Positions 16,134 to 24,749 of a DNA stretch of 32,000 nt are shown piece by piece. Both the position numbers and the translations under genes were made by a program. The notes below the pieces were generated by a model. That model saw only the letters and a list, made by a program, of their open reading frames with translations. It made no database searches and was not told where the DNA came from. Position 1 is the stretch's first letter. Every line of letters starts with the position of its first letter. The DNA comes from Gemmata obscuriglobus (GTDB taxonomy: Bacteria > Planctomycetota > Planctomycetia > Gemmatales > Gemmataceae). The DNA lies in the NCBI RefSeq assembly GCF_008065095.1, contig NZ_CP042911.1, forward strand, positions 1,920,001 to 1,952,000, written 5' to 3'.

Positions 16134-17018
16134 ATGCGCGCTCGCCGTGGCTTCACGCTGATCGAGCTATTGGTGGTGATCGCGATCATTGCGATCCTCA
16201 TCGGCCTGTTGCTGCCCGCCGTGCAGAAGGTGCGCGACGCCGCGGCGCGGATGAGCTGCCAGAACAACCTGAAGCAGATCGGCCTCGCGCTGCACAACTA
16301 CGAGAACGCCAACGGCAAGCTCCCCCCGCGGGCCTTCCCGGGCACCGGGGCCGCGTGGGGCACGCTGATCCTGCCGCACATCGAGCAGGACAACGTGTTC
16401 AAGCTGTACCGCCCGGACCTCGACTGGCGCGACCCGCTCAACCAGGACGCGGTCACCAAGCCGGTCAAGACGTACAAGTGCCCGTCCTCGCCCGAGCGGA
16501 CCGCGAGCGGCACGTTCAACGGCGGGGCGTGGGCGTCGAGCGTCAGCGACTTCGGGGCCAACGGCGGCCTCGACCCGTCCCTCATGACGCTCGGCTGGCT
16601 CCCCGCGACGACCAGCCGCAACGGGGTCTTCATGCAGGGGATCGAGTTGCGGGTCACCGACATCACCGACGGCACCTCGACCACCCTGGCCGTGGTCGAG
16701 ATGGGCGGGCGGCCGAACCGCTGGAACGCCGGCCGGGACACCGGGGCCATCCAGAACGCCGGGGTGAAGGGGCCGTGGGCGCACACCCACAACCACATCG
16801 AGGCCCGCGGGCACTCGGCCGACGGCACCACCAAGCCCGGCGCCTGCACCGTCAACTGCACCAACGCCGACGGCATCTACGGGTTCCACACGAACGGCGC
16901 GAACGTGGCGCTGATGGACGGGTCGGTCCGGTTCGTCACGCCGGCGCTGAACAACTTCGTCCTGTACGCCGTCGCGACCCCGAGCACCGGTGAGGTGGTG
17001 AATGGCTCGGACTTTTAG
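16134..17018 (+). CDS. DUF1559 protein 4 (pilin-like N-terminus, H-X9-DG)
   Basis: The ATG at 16134 lies inside track ORF 15321..17018. The sequence is MRARRG|[52 protein letters not shown], then [13 protein letters not shown], then [19 protein letters not shown]. Confidence 0.9.
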   Translation: MRARRGFTLIELLVVIAIIAILIGLLLPAVQKVRDAAARMSCQNNLKQIGLALHNYENANGKLPPRAFPGTGAAWGTLILPHIEQDNVFKLYRPDLDWRDPLNQDAVTKPVKTYKCPSSPERTASGTFNGGAWASSVSDFGANGGLDPSLMTLGWLPATTSRNGVFMQGIELRVTDITDGTSTTLAVVEMGGRPNRWNAGRDTGAIQNAGVKGPWAHTHNHIEARGHSADGTTKPGACTVNCTNADGIYGFHTNGANVALMDGSVRFVTPALNNFVLYAVATPSTGEVVNGSDF

Positions 17019-17436
17019 CTTGGCCGCCCTGTTCGTCGTGCTGGCCGCCGGCTGTGGACCCCGGGACGGCCGCAAGCCGGTGATCCCTGTTTCGGGACGG
17101 GTGACGTGCAAGGGCGAGCCGATGGCCGGCGCGATGGTCGGGTTCCACCCGCTCGACGACCCGGACCCGCGGGCCGTACGCGCGCAGGCCACCGCCGACA
17201 AGGACGGCCGCTACACGCTGACCACCTACGCCACCGGCGACGGCGCGCCGGCCGGCGCGTACGCGGTCACGGTCTACTGGCCCGGGCCGCGCCCGAAGGG
17301 CCAGGCCTTGGAACCGGGCGAGGACGAAGAGGTCCCGCCGGACCGGCTCAAGCGCGCGTTCGCGGACCCGAGAGCGACCAAGCTGCGCGCCGCCGTGCGC
17401 GCCGAACCGAACACGATCGACTTCCACCTGCCGTGA
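17002..17436 (+). CDS. Small lipoprotein 3, partner of DUF1559-4 (17-nt overlap)
   Basis: The sequence is [18 protein letters not shown]|GP (lipobox), [74 protein letters not shown]. The start overlaps the 3' end of the preceding gene. Confidence 0.75.
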   Translation: MARTFSLAALFVVLAAGCGPRDGRKPVIPVSGRVTCKGEPMAGAMVGFHPLDDPDPRAVRAQATADKDGRYTLTTYATGDGAPAGAYAVTVYWPGPRPKGQALEPGEDEEVPPDRLKRAFADPRATKLRAAVRAEPNTIDFHLP

Positions 17437-17447
17437 GGACCCCGGCC

Positions 17448-18356
17448 GTGCCCCGACGTTCCGCCTTTACCCTGATCGAACTGCTGGTGGTGATCGCGAT
17501 TATTGCGATCCTCATCGGCCTGTTGCTGCCGGCCGTGCAGAAGGTGCGCGAGGCCGCCGCGCGCATGAAGTGCCAGAACAACCTGAAGCAGATCGGGCTG
17601 GCCATGCACAATTACGCGGGCGCGAACAACGGGCTGCCGCCGCGCCGCTCGTACCCGCTGCCGGAGCCGAACGTCGGCTGGCCGGTGCTGATCCTCGATT
17701 ACCTCGAGCAGGGGAACGTGAAGGCCGCGCTGAAAATGGATCAGAGCTATTTCGCCCCCGAGAACAACGAGGCCCTCAAGAAGCCGCTGCCGGTCTACCA
17801 GTGCCCGGCCGCCCCGAGCCCCGAGCGGCTCATCAAAATGAACGCCAACGGCATGTACGGGGCCGTCGGCGACTACTACGCGTGCAACATCGTTCAAGAC
17901 CCCACGTTCGCCATGCCCGGCGCGGCCGGGGGCACCAGCGCCGCACTGATCGACGACATGGCACTGAGTCAAGGAAGTGCGGTGCGTCCGCTCACAAACT
18001 TCCCGGACGGCACCTCAAGCACCCTCGTGCTGCGCGAGGTGGCGGGCCGCCCGGACGGGTACAACGCGACGGGCGCCCGGACGCCCTACGCCGACGGCGT
18101 TTCTTCGATCGGGGCGTGGGCGTCGTACCAGTCGGCGGTGGTCGAGAGCTGGGACGAGTCGGGCACCACCAAGAACGGCACCTGCGTCGTCAATTGCAAC
18201 AACTTTTACGGAACGTACGCGTTCCACCCGGCCGGCGCGAACCATGTGTTCGCCGACGGGTCGGTCCGCACGGTCCGCAAAGGGGTCAACAAGTACCTGT
18301 ATTACGCCCTGGTGACCCGCAACGGCGGTGAGGTGCTGAGCGATGGCGAGTTCTGA
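17448..18356 (+). CDS. DUF1559 protein 5 (pilin-like N-terminus, H-X9-DG)
   Basis: GTG at 17448, in frame within track ORF 17106..18356, whose upstream part is Arg/Gly-rich junk overlapping lipoprotein 3. The sequence is VPRRSA|[52 protein letters not shown], then [13 protein letters not shown], then [19 protein letters not shown]. Confidence 0.85.
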   Translation: MPRRSAFTLIELLVVIAIIAILIGLLLPAVQKVREAAARMKCQNNLKQIGLAMHNYAGANNGLPPRRSYPLPEPNVGWPVLILDYLEQGNVKAALKMDQSYFAPENNEALKKPLPVYQCPAAPSPERLIKMNANGMYGAVGDYYACNIVQDPTFAMPGAAGGTSAALIDDMALSQGSAVRPLTNFPDGTSSTLVLREVAGRPDGYNATGARTPYADGVSSIGAWASYQSAVVESWDESGTTKNGTCVVNCNNFYGTYAFHPAGANHVFADGSVRTVRKGVNKYLYYALVTRNGGEVLSDGEF

Positions 18357-18783
18357 CCGCGCGCCGCCCGCGGCGCGGCTGGCAGGGGCGCTGGCCCTGC
18401 TCACCGCGCTCGGCTGCGGCGCGGGCGGCCCTCCGCCGGCCCAGCCGACGCGCGGCGAGGTCCGCCTTCAGGGGAAGCCGGTGGCCGGCGCCTGGGTGGT
18501 GCTCACCGCGACCGAGGGCGATAAGGCGCGCGCCATGAAGCCGTTCGGCCGGACCGGCCCGGACGGCACGTTCCGGCTCCGCACCTACGAGGGCGAGGAC
18601 GGCGCGCCCGCCGGCGAGTACGCGGTCACGATCACCTGGCCCGGCCCGCCGCCGAAGGGCGACCCGGACGCGACCGAAGGGCCGGACCGGCTCAAGGGGC
18701 GGTTCGCGGACCCGGCCAAGGCGCGGTGGAAGGTCCAGATCGCCCCCGGCGACAACACGCTCCCGGCGTTCGTACTCGACTGA
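18343..18783 (+). CDS. Small lipoprotein 4, partner of DUF1559-5 (14-nt overlap)
   Basis: The sequence is ...[13 protein letters not shown]|GA (lipobox), [73 protein letters not shown]. Confidence 0.75.
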   Translation: MASSDRAPPAARLAGALALLTALGCGAGGPPPAQPTRGEVRLQGKPVAGAWVVLTATEGDKARAMKPFGRTGPDGTFRLRTYEGEDGAPAGEYAVTITWPGPPPKGDPDATEGPDRLKGRFADPAKARWKVQIAPGDNTLPAFVLD

Positions 18784-18809
18784 GTTCCGTTACCCACACA
18801 GGAGCACCG

Positions 18810-20096
18810 GTGCGCACCTTTACGAACCCACTCACCCGCCGCGGACTGTTCCGCTCGGCGGCCGGCGCCGGCCTCGGGGCCGGGTTCACGTCCGGCTGGC
18901 TCCGCGCGCTCGCCGCGGGCGCGCCCAAGAAGCCCGCCAAGTCGGTCATCGTGCTGTGGCTCGACGGCGGGCCGGCGACCATCGACCTGTGGGACCTGAA
19001 GCCGGGCCACGCGAACGGCGGGCCGTTCCGGGCGATCGACACCGCCGCCCCCGGCCTGAAGATCGGCGAGCACCTGCCGAAGCTCGCGAAGCTCGGCAAG
19101 GACCTCGCCGTGGTGCGGTCGATGTCCACCAAGGAGGGCGACCACGGGCGGGCCACCTACCTCCTGCGCACCGGGTACACCCCGCTGGGCGCGATCCAGT
19201 ACCCGGCCGCCGGCGCGGTCATCGCCAAGGAGCTGGGGGCCGAGGCCGGCGACCTGCCGAACTTCGTCAGCGTCGCGCCGGCGCGCAACGCCGCGTCCGG
19301 CGGCGGGTTCCTCGGGCCGCACTTCGACCCGCTCGTGGTCGGCGAGCTGACCGCCCCGCAGGACGGGCTGAAGGTGCCCGACCTGGCCCGCACCGCCGGC
19401 GTCGGCGACGACGCGCAGCGGGCGCGGCTCGAACTGCTCGCCGGCGCCGAGCGGCAGTTCGCCGCCGGCCGCGAGTCGGCGGTCGCGGGCAGCGTCCGGG
19501 CCGCGACCGCCCGCGCGGTGCGGCTCATGAAGCCGGAGGCCGCGGCGGCGTTCGACCTGGAGCAGGAGAAGCCGAAGGCGCGCGACGCCTACGGCCGCGG
19601 GCTGTTCGGTCAGGGGTGCCTGCTGGCCCGCCGGCTGGTGGAGCGGGGCGTGCCGTTCGTGGAGGTGACGCTCGACGGCTGGGACACCCACCAGAACAAC
19701 TTCGACCGCGTGAAGGACCTGTGCGGCGCCCTCGATGCCGGGTTCGCCGCTCTGCTGGCGGATCTGAAGGACCGCGGGATGCTGGACAGCACGCTGGTGG
19801 TGTGCCAGGGGGAGTTCGGCCGCACGCCCAAGATCAACGGCAACACCGGGCGCGACCACTGGCCCGCGTCGTGGGCCGTGGCCCTCGCCGGCGGCGGGCT
19901 GAAAACGGGGCAGGCGGTCGGCAGAACGAGCACGGACGGCGCCGCGGTCGAGGACAAGCCGCGCGGGGTGCCGGACCTGATCGCCACGGTCGCGAAAGCG
20001 GTCGGCATCGACCCGAAGAAGCAGAACATGTCGAACGTGGGCCGGCCCATCCGGGTCGCCGACCCGGACGCCGAGCCCATCAAGGAGCTGCTGTGA
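18810..20096 (+). CDS. DUF1501 protein 1 (alkaline-phosphatase/sulfatase-superfamily fold, Tat signal)
   Basis: GTG at 18810, 5 nt after AGGAG (18800-18804), in frame with track ORF 18726..20096. Twin-arginine signal: LTRRGLFRSAAGAGLGAG. DUF1501 blocks: VIVLWLDGGPATIDLWDLKPGH, VVRSMSTKEGDHGRA, FGQGCLLARRLVERGVPFVEVTLDGWDTHQNNF, LVVCQGEFGRTPKING..GRDHWPASWAVALAGGG. Confidence 0.9.
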   Translation: MRTFTNPLTRRGLFRSAAGAGLGAGFTSGWLRALAAGAPKKPAKSVIVLWLDGGPATIDLWDLKPGHANGGPFRAIDTAAPGLKIGEHLPKLAKLGKDLAVVRSMSTKEGDHGRATYLLRTGYTPLGAIQYPAAGAVIAKELGAEAGDLPNFVSVAPARNAASGGGFLGPHFDPLVVGELTAPQDGLKVPDLARTAGVGDDAQRARLELLAGAERQFAAGRESAVAGSVRAATARAVRLMKPEAAAAFDLEQEKPKARDAYGRGLFGQGCLLARRLVERGVPFVEVTLDGWDTHQNNFDRVKDLCGALDAGFAALLADLKDRGMLDSTLVVCQGEFGRTPKINGNTGRDHWPASWAVALAGGGLKTGQAVGRTSTDGAAVEDKPRGVPDLIATVAKAVGIDPKKQNMSNVGRPIRVADPDAEPIKELL

Positions 20097-21649
20097 ACCG
20101 GGTCATTTTCGTCGCGCTGGTCGGGGCCGCGGTCCTGTGCGCCGCGCCCGCGAGACCGGCGGAACCCGGCCCCAGCCCGCGGGCCGACGCGCTCGAACTG
20201 CTGTTCATCGGGGGCGAGAAGCCCGCGCGGCTGGAGCTGCGCGCCGAGATCGACGGGCGGCCCGTCCCCGCGGTCTGGGATGACACGTTCGCGAAGCTGT
20301 TCGCGTACTTCGACCGCGACGCCGACGGCGCCCTCGACGCCACCGAGGCGGCCCGCCTGCCGTCGGCGTTCGCGCTGCGGCAGGTGCTGTGGGGGCAGTC
20401 CACGCCCTTCACGGGCGCCGCGCCGCCGCTTGCGGACATCGACCTCAACGGGGACGGCAAGGCGAGCCCCGACGAACTCGCCGACTTCTACCGCCGGGCT
20501 GGGCTGGGCGGGGTGCTCGTGGGGGTCGGGAGGGCACCGGCGACCGATGCCTTAACCGATGCGCTGCTGAAGCACCTCGACACCAACAAGGACGGCAAGC
20601 TCACCGAGGCGGAGGTGAAGGCGGCCCCCGACGCGCTGAAGGCGCTCGACGCCAACGACGACGAGCTGATCGGCCCCGGCGAACTGGTCGAGCGCACCGC
20701 CTACCCCGGCGCGCTCGGGGCGATCCTGGTGACGGCCCCGGCGCCGAACGGGGCGCCCGACGCCGTCGCGGACGCGCTCCCGTTCGTGGTGCTGCCGCTG
20801 CGCACCGCGGACCGCGGCTGGGAGGCCGCCGTGGCGGCCCGTCGCGAAAAGGTCGGGCTATCGGCGTTCACGGCCGAGTCGCTACGTGGTCCGCGAAGGC
20901 CGTCACCAGCGGCCGTGTGGAAGGCACGGTTCGGGGAGAAGCTGACCGGCGGCGCGCTGGAGCCGGTCGGCGGAAAGCTCCCCGCGAGCGGCCGGCTCGT
21001 GTACGCCGCCGGCGCGGTGCGGCTCGAACTCCGGTCGGACGAGGGGAAGCTCGCCGAGCCGGTCGCCGCCGCGCGCAAGCGGTACGCCGCCCAGTTCGCC
21101 GAGGCCGACGCCGACGCGAACGCGCGCCTCGACCCGAAGGAGCTCGCGGCCCCGAAGGCCGGGACGCTCAAACAGCTCGCGGCGGCGGCCGACCGGAACG
21201 GCGACGGCGCCTTGAGCGACACGGAGCTGACCGCGTGGCTCGACCTCCAGGACCAGATCGCGAGGGGGCACGTGCTGCTGACGGTGATCGACCACGGCGC
21301 CGGGCTGTTCGAGCTGCTGGACGCGGACCACGACGGGGCGCTGTCGGTGCGCGAGCTGCGCGGCGCGTGGGACCGGCTGACGGCCGCGGGGTGCGTGACC
21401 GACGGCCGTTTCGACCGCGCGAAGCTGCCGCGCCAGTTGCTCGCCGCGATCAGCCGCGGGCACCCGAAGTCGTCCCCGGGCAAGCCGGCCCGGCCCGGCC
21501 CGGCGTGGTTCGTGGCGATGGACCGCAACGGCGACGGGGACGTGTCGCGCCGCGAGTTCACCGGCCCGGCTGCGGTGTTCGACACGCTCGACGCCGACAA
21601 GGACGGCCTCCTCGACGCCCGCGAGGCCGGCGCCGCGGTTAAAAACTGA
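20093..21649 (+). CDS. Secreted multi-EF-hand (8 Ca2+-loop) protein 1, stop/start-coupled to DUF1501-1
   Basis: The GTG at 20093 overlaps the DUF1501 stop (GTGA). The N-terminal part of track ORF 18956..21649 is an out-of-frame shadow of DUF1501. The signal-like N-terminus is VNRVIFVALVGAAVLCAAPARPA. There are eight DxDxDG-type loops: DRDADGALDATE, DLNGDGKASPDE, DTNKDGKLTEAE, DANDDELIGPGE, DRNGDGALSDTE, DADHDGALSVRE, DRNGDGDVSRRE, DADKDGLLDARE. Confidence 0.8.
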   Translation: MNRVIFVALVGAAVLCAAPARPAEPGPSPRADALELLFIGGEKPARLELRAEIDGRPVPAVWDDTFAKLFAYFDRDADGALDATEAARLPSAFALRQVLWGQSTPFTGAAPPLADIDLNGDGKASPDELADFYRRAGLGGVLVGVGRAPATDALTDALLKHLDTNKDGKLTEAEVKAAPDALKALDANDDELIGPGELVERTAYPGALGAILVTAPAPNGAPDAVADALPFVVLPLRTADRGWEAAVAARREKVGLSAFTAESLRGPRRPSPAAVWKARFGEKLTGGALEPVGGKLPASGRLVYAAGAVRLELRSDEGKLAEPVAAARKRYAAQFAEADADANARLDPKELAAPKAGTLKQLAAAADRNGDGALSDTELTAWLDLQDQIARGHVLLTVIDHGAGLFELLDADHDGALSVRELRGAWDRLTAAGCVTDGRFDRAKLPRQLLAAISRGHPKSSPGKPARPGPAWFVAMDRNGDGDVSRREFTGPAAVFDTLDADKDGLLDAREAGAAVKN

Positions 21650-21776
21650 CCGCGCCCGGACAAAGCGTTGTCAGCCCTCGGGTTCGCATCGCTTCCGCGC
21701 CCCCGAAAAGTGATAATGCCGGTGCCCGCCGCCCGCACCCGGCTCGACCTGAATCGCTCGCTCACCGGAGGCCCTG

Positions 21777-23072
21777 ATGTTCTCACTGCGTGTTCGGCCG
21801 TCGCGCCGGGACTGGCTGCGGCTCTCGGCCGCCGGCGCGGTCGGCGTGTCACAGTCCGGGTGGCTCGGCGCGCTGGCCGACGACGCCGCCCGCGCCCCGA
21901 AGAAGCACAAGTCCGTCATCCTCTTGTGGATGAACGGCGGCCCCGCGACCATCGACCTGTGGGACCTGAAGCCGGGCCACGACAACGGCGGCCCGTTCCG
22001 GGAGGCCGCCACCGCCGCACCCGGGCTGAAGATCAGCGAGCACCTGCCGAAACTCGCGAAGCTCGGCAAGGAGCTGGCCGTGGTCCGCTCGATGGCGACC
22101 CGCGAGGGCGACCACCAGCGGGCGCGCGTCGTCGGCCTGACCGGGTACACCCCGCAAGGGGCGATCCAGTTCCCCGCGCTCGGCGCGCTGGTGGCGCACG
22201 AGTTCGACGACCCGAAGGCCGACCTGCCCGGGTTCGTCGCGGTCGGCGGCCGGTCGGACGTCGGCGGCGGGTTCCTCGGGCCGCGGTTCGCGCCGTTCGT
22301 GGTGGGCGGGGAGCGCGAGCGCGGCGGCCCTGCGAACGCCGACCTGCGCGTCGCCGACCTCGACCCACCGGCCGGCCTCGGCACGGAGGCGCAGGTGAAG
22401 CGCCTCGACCTGCTCGCGGGGCTGGAGAAGGACTTCGCGCCCGGGAAGGCGCACCCGGTGGCCGAGACGATGCGCGCCGCGACCGACCGCGCCGTCCGGC
22501 TGATGCGCCCGGAGGCCGCCGCTGCGTTCCGGCTCGAGGACGAGACGCCGCAGGTGCGCGACGCCTACGGCCGCGGCACCTTCGGCCAGGGGTGCCTGCT
22601 CGCCCGCCGGCTGGTGGAACGGGGCGTGCCGTTCGTGGAAGTGACGCTCGACGGCTGGGACACGCACAACAACAACTTCGACCGCGTCAAGGCGCTCTCC
22701 ACCACGCTCGACACCGGGTTCTCCGCTCTGCTGGCGGACCTGAAGGACCGCGGGCTGTTGGACCGCACGCTGGTGGTGTGCCAAGGGGAGTTCGGGCGGA
22801 CGCCGAAGATCAACGGGCAGAGCGGCCGCGACCACTGGCCCGCGTCGTGGGCCGTGGCCCTCGCCGGGGCCGGCGTCAAGGGCGGGCAGGCGGTCGGCAA
22901 GACCAGCAAAGACGGCACGCAGGTGGAGAGCGACCCGACCCGCACCGCGGACCTCGTCGCCACCGTGATGAAGGCCGCCGGGCTGGATCCGATGAAGCAG
23001 AACATGTCGAACGTGAGCCGGCCCATCCGGCTGGCCGACCCGAGCGGCAAACCGATCAAGGAGCTGCTGTGA
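21777..23072 (+). CDS. DUF1501 protein 2 (Tat signal), paralog of 18810..20096
   Basis: ATG at 21777, 5 nt after GGAGG. Tat motif: PSRRDWLRLSAAGAVGV. It is collinear with paralog 1 and shares long identical runs: GGPATIDLWDLKPGH, HLPKLAKLGK, FGQGCLLARRLVERGVPFVEVTLDGWDTH, LVVCQGEFGRTPKING, GRDHWPASWAVALAG. Confidence 0.9.
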   Translation: MFSLRVRPSRRDWLRLSAAGAVGVSQSGWLGALADDAARAPKKHKSVILLWMNGGPATIDLWDLKPGHDNGGPFREAATAAPGLKISEHLPKLAKLGKELAVVRSMATREGDHQRARVVGLTGYTPQGAIQFPALGALVAHEFDDPKADLPGFVAVGGRSDVGGGFLGPRFAPFVVGGERERGGPANADLRVADLDPPAGLGTEAQVKRLDLLAGLEKDFAPGKAHPVAETMRAATDRAVRLMRPEAAAAFRLEDETPQVRDAYGRGTFGQGCLLARRLVERGVPFVEVTLDGWDTHNNNFDRVKALSTTLDTGFSALLADLKDRGLLDRTLVVCQGEFGRTPKINGQSGRDHWPASWAVALAGAGVKGGQAVGKTSKDGTQVESDPTRTADLVATVMKAAGLDPMKQNMSNVSRPIRLADPSGKPIKELL

Positions 23073-24556
23073 CCCGTTTCACGTTCGGCGCGCTGGTTCT
23101 GGGGCTGGCGGCCGTCGGTCTGTGCCCGGCGGCCGACCCGGGCGCGGCCAAGCCGGCCGGGGTGCCGGTCGGGTTCGCGCTGCTCGACGGCGACGCGCTC
23201 CGGCGCATCGAGGTGCGGGCCGAAGTCGACGGCGTCCCGGTTTCCGCGATCTGGGACGAGACGTTCGCGAAGCTGTTCGCGTACTTCGACCGCAACGCCG
23301 ACGGCGCTCTGGACGCGAAGGAGGTGACGCTGCTGCCCCCGGCGCGGGCGCTGCGCCAGTCGCTGGGGAGCGGGTTCACGCCGCCGACCGGGCCGGTCCT
23401 GACGCTCGCGGACCTGGACCGCAACGGTGACATCAAGGTGAGCCTCGACGAGTTGGTGGCCTACTACCGCGCGAACGGGCTGGGCAACATTCAGGTCGGC
23501 GCCGGCACGCTGCCCGCGAGCGCCGACCTGACCGCGGCGCTGGTCAAGCACCTGGACACGAATTCTGACGGCAAAGTGAGCGAAGCGGAGTGGCGGGCGG
23601 CGGCCGACGTGCTGAAGGCGCTCGACAAGAACGACGACGAGCTGATCGGCGCCGGCGAACTGGTGCCGAAGGCCGTGTACCCCGGCGCCGCGGGCGCGCT
23701 GCTCCTGTCCCCACCGGGCACGGACACAACCGGGCAACCCGCGGCGGTCGCGGCTCTGCCGCTGGTGCTGCTCCCGGCCGACCCGAAGGACGCGAACTGG
23801 GCCGCCGAGGTCGCCCGCCGCGACCCGCGGCACAAGGTGACCGACGCGGCGGCGTGGCGCCAGAAGGCGGCCGACGTTACGTGGGCGGTGAATCTGTCCG
23901 ACAAAGGTGGTGCGTCGGACCGGCTCGCGTTCGCCGGGACCGCGGTTCGTGTGGACGGCTGGGCCGCTCCGGGGAAGGCGGGCGAAGCCGCCGCGACCGC
24001 GCGCAAACAGTTCGTCGCGCAACTGGACGCGCCCGAACCGGCCGACGCACCCAAGGGGCGCCGGCCGGCCGGCGGGCTGGGGTGGCTGACACCGATCGCC
24101 GACCGCGACGGCGACGGCACCCTGGACCGCAAGGAACTCGACGGGTGGCTCGACCTGCAAGCCCAGATCATGCGGGGGCAGGTCTTCCTCACGGTCCTCG
24201 ACGGCGCCGGGTTGTTCGAGCTGCTGGACGCGAACCACGACGGGGCGCTGTCGGTGCGGGAGCTGCGCGGCGCGTGGGACCGGCTGAAGGCCGCGGGGTG
24301 CGTCGCCGACGGCGCGGTCGCCCCGGCGAAGGTGCCGCGCGGGGTTCTGTGTGCGGCGAGCCTGGGTTACCCGCGGACGCTGGCGGCGAGCACCCGCGGC
24401 GGCCCGGCGTGGTTCGTGGCGATGGACCGCAACGGCGACGGGGACGTGTCGCGCCGCGAGTTCACCGGCCCGGCCGCGGTGTTCGACACGCTCGACCTTG
24501 ATAAGGACGGGCTGCTCAGTGCCGAAGAGGCCGGGAAGGCGAACCCGAAGAAGTGA
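23069..24556 (+). CDS. Secreted multi-EF-hand (8 Ca2+-loop) protein 2, stop/start-coupled to DUF1501-2
   Basis: The GTG at 23069 overlaps the DUF1501-2 stop (GTGA). The N-terminus is VTRFTFGALVLGLAAVGLCPAADP. The loops are DRNADGALDAKE, DRNGDIKVSLDE, DTNSDGKVSEAE, DKNDDELIGAGE, DRDGDGTLDRKE, DANHDGALSVRE, DRNGDGDVSRRE, DLDKDGLLSAEE. It is collinear with 20093..21649. Confidence 0.8.
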   Translation: MTRFTFGALVLGLAAVGLCPAADPGAAKPAGVPVGFALLDGDALRRIEVRAEVDGVPVSAIWDETFAKLFAYFDRNADGALDAKEVTLLPPARALRQSLGSGFTPPTGPVLTLADLDRNGDIKVSLDELVAYYRANGLGNIQVGAGTLPASADLTAALVKHLDTNSDGKVSEAEWRAAADVLKALDKNDDELIGAGELVPKAVYPGAAGALLLSPPGTDTTGQPAAVAALPLVLLPADPKDANWAAEVARRDPRHKVTDAAAWRQKAADVTWAVNLSDKGGASDRLAFAGTAVRVDGWAAPGKAGEAAATARKQFVAQLDAPEPADAPKGRRPAGGLGWLTPIADRDGDGTLDRKELDGWLDLQAQIMRGQVFLTVLDGAGLFELLDANHDGALSVRELRGAWDRLKAAGCVADGAVAPAKVPRGVLCAASLGYPRTLAASTRGGPAWFVAMDRNGDGDVSRREFTGPAAVFDTLDLDKDGLLSAEEAGKANPKK

Positions 24557-24596
24557 TGACCGATCCGATTGAACCGAACGAGCCGCAGATGAGTCA

Positions 24597-24641
24597 AGCT
24601 GAAGTTCCGGCCCCGCCTGTTTGGGGGCGGGAGCTTCAGCT
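24597..24641 (+). terminator. Candidate stem-loop at the end of the 14-gene array
   Basis: AGCTGAAG (24597-24604) pairs with CTTCAGCT (24634-24641). The inner pair is CCCGCC (24612-24617) with GGCGGG (24626-24631). The left arm has a bulge, and there is no U-tract, so this is weak. Confidence 0.3.
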
Positions 24642-24749
24642 CTTCCCGACTTGGAAAGTGGAACAATTGGACTTGATACCCGATCCCGTCCGGGACGTGT
24701 CGTTCCCGGATTCCGTGTAATTCGCGCCCCATCGTCATAAAATGCCGGT

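Noticed and set aside
18956-21649. The track ORFs 18956..21649 (897 aa) and 21668..24556 (962 aa) read as single giant proteins.
   Set aside because: Their first ~380-470 residues are Arg-rich out-of-frame shadows of the DUF1501 genes. The recognisable EF-hand proteins, with signal peptides, begin at the GTG codons 20093 and 23069 that overlap the DUF1501 stops.
10699-24556. The idea that the accessory-looking array is a horizontally acquired genomic island or mobile element.
   Set aside because: No integrase, transposase, tRNA target, flanking direct repeats or compositional shift is visible. GC content and codon bias match the flanking housekeeping-type genes. The duplications look like in-situ paralog expansion.
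24660-24690. An ECF-type promoter upstream of the sigma gene: GGAAC at 24660-24664, with CGTC at 24687-24690.
   Set aside because: The GGAAC-to-CGTC spacing is 22 nt, beyond the usual 16-17 nt. With a 16-nt spacer the -10 region would be CGATCC, a poor match. The pattern is too weak to call.
24556-24720. An unlisted 54-codon ORF (MTDPIEPNEPQMSQAEVPAPPVWGRELQLFPTWKVEQLDLIPDPVRDVSFPDSV) whose ATG overlaps the EF-hand-2 stop (TGATG), just upstream of the ECF sigma gene.
   Set aside because: Third-position GC is much lower than in every confident gene here (many GAT, GAA, CAA, GTT and ATA codons). It spans the 24597-24641 hairpin and has no SD. It is more likely a non-coding spacer. It would be worth a ribosome-profiling check, but I cannot support it as a CDS.
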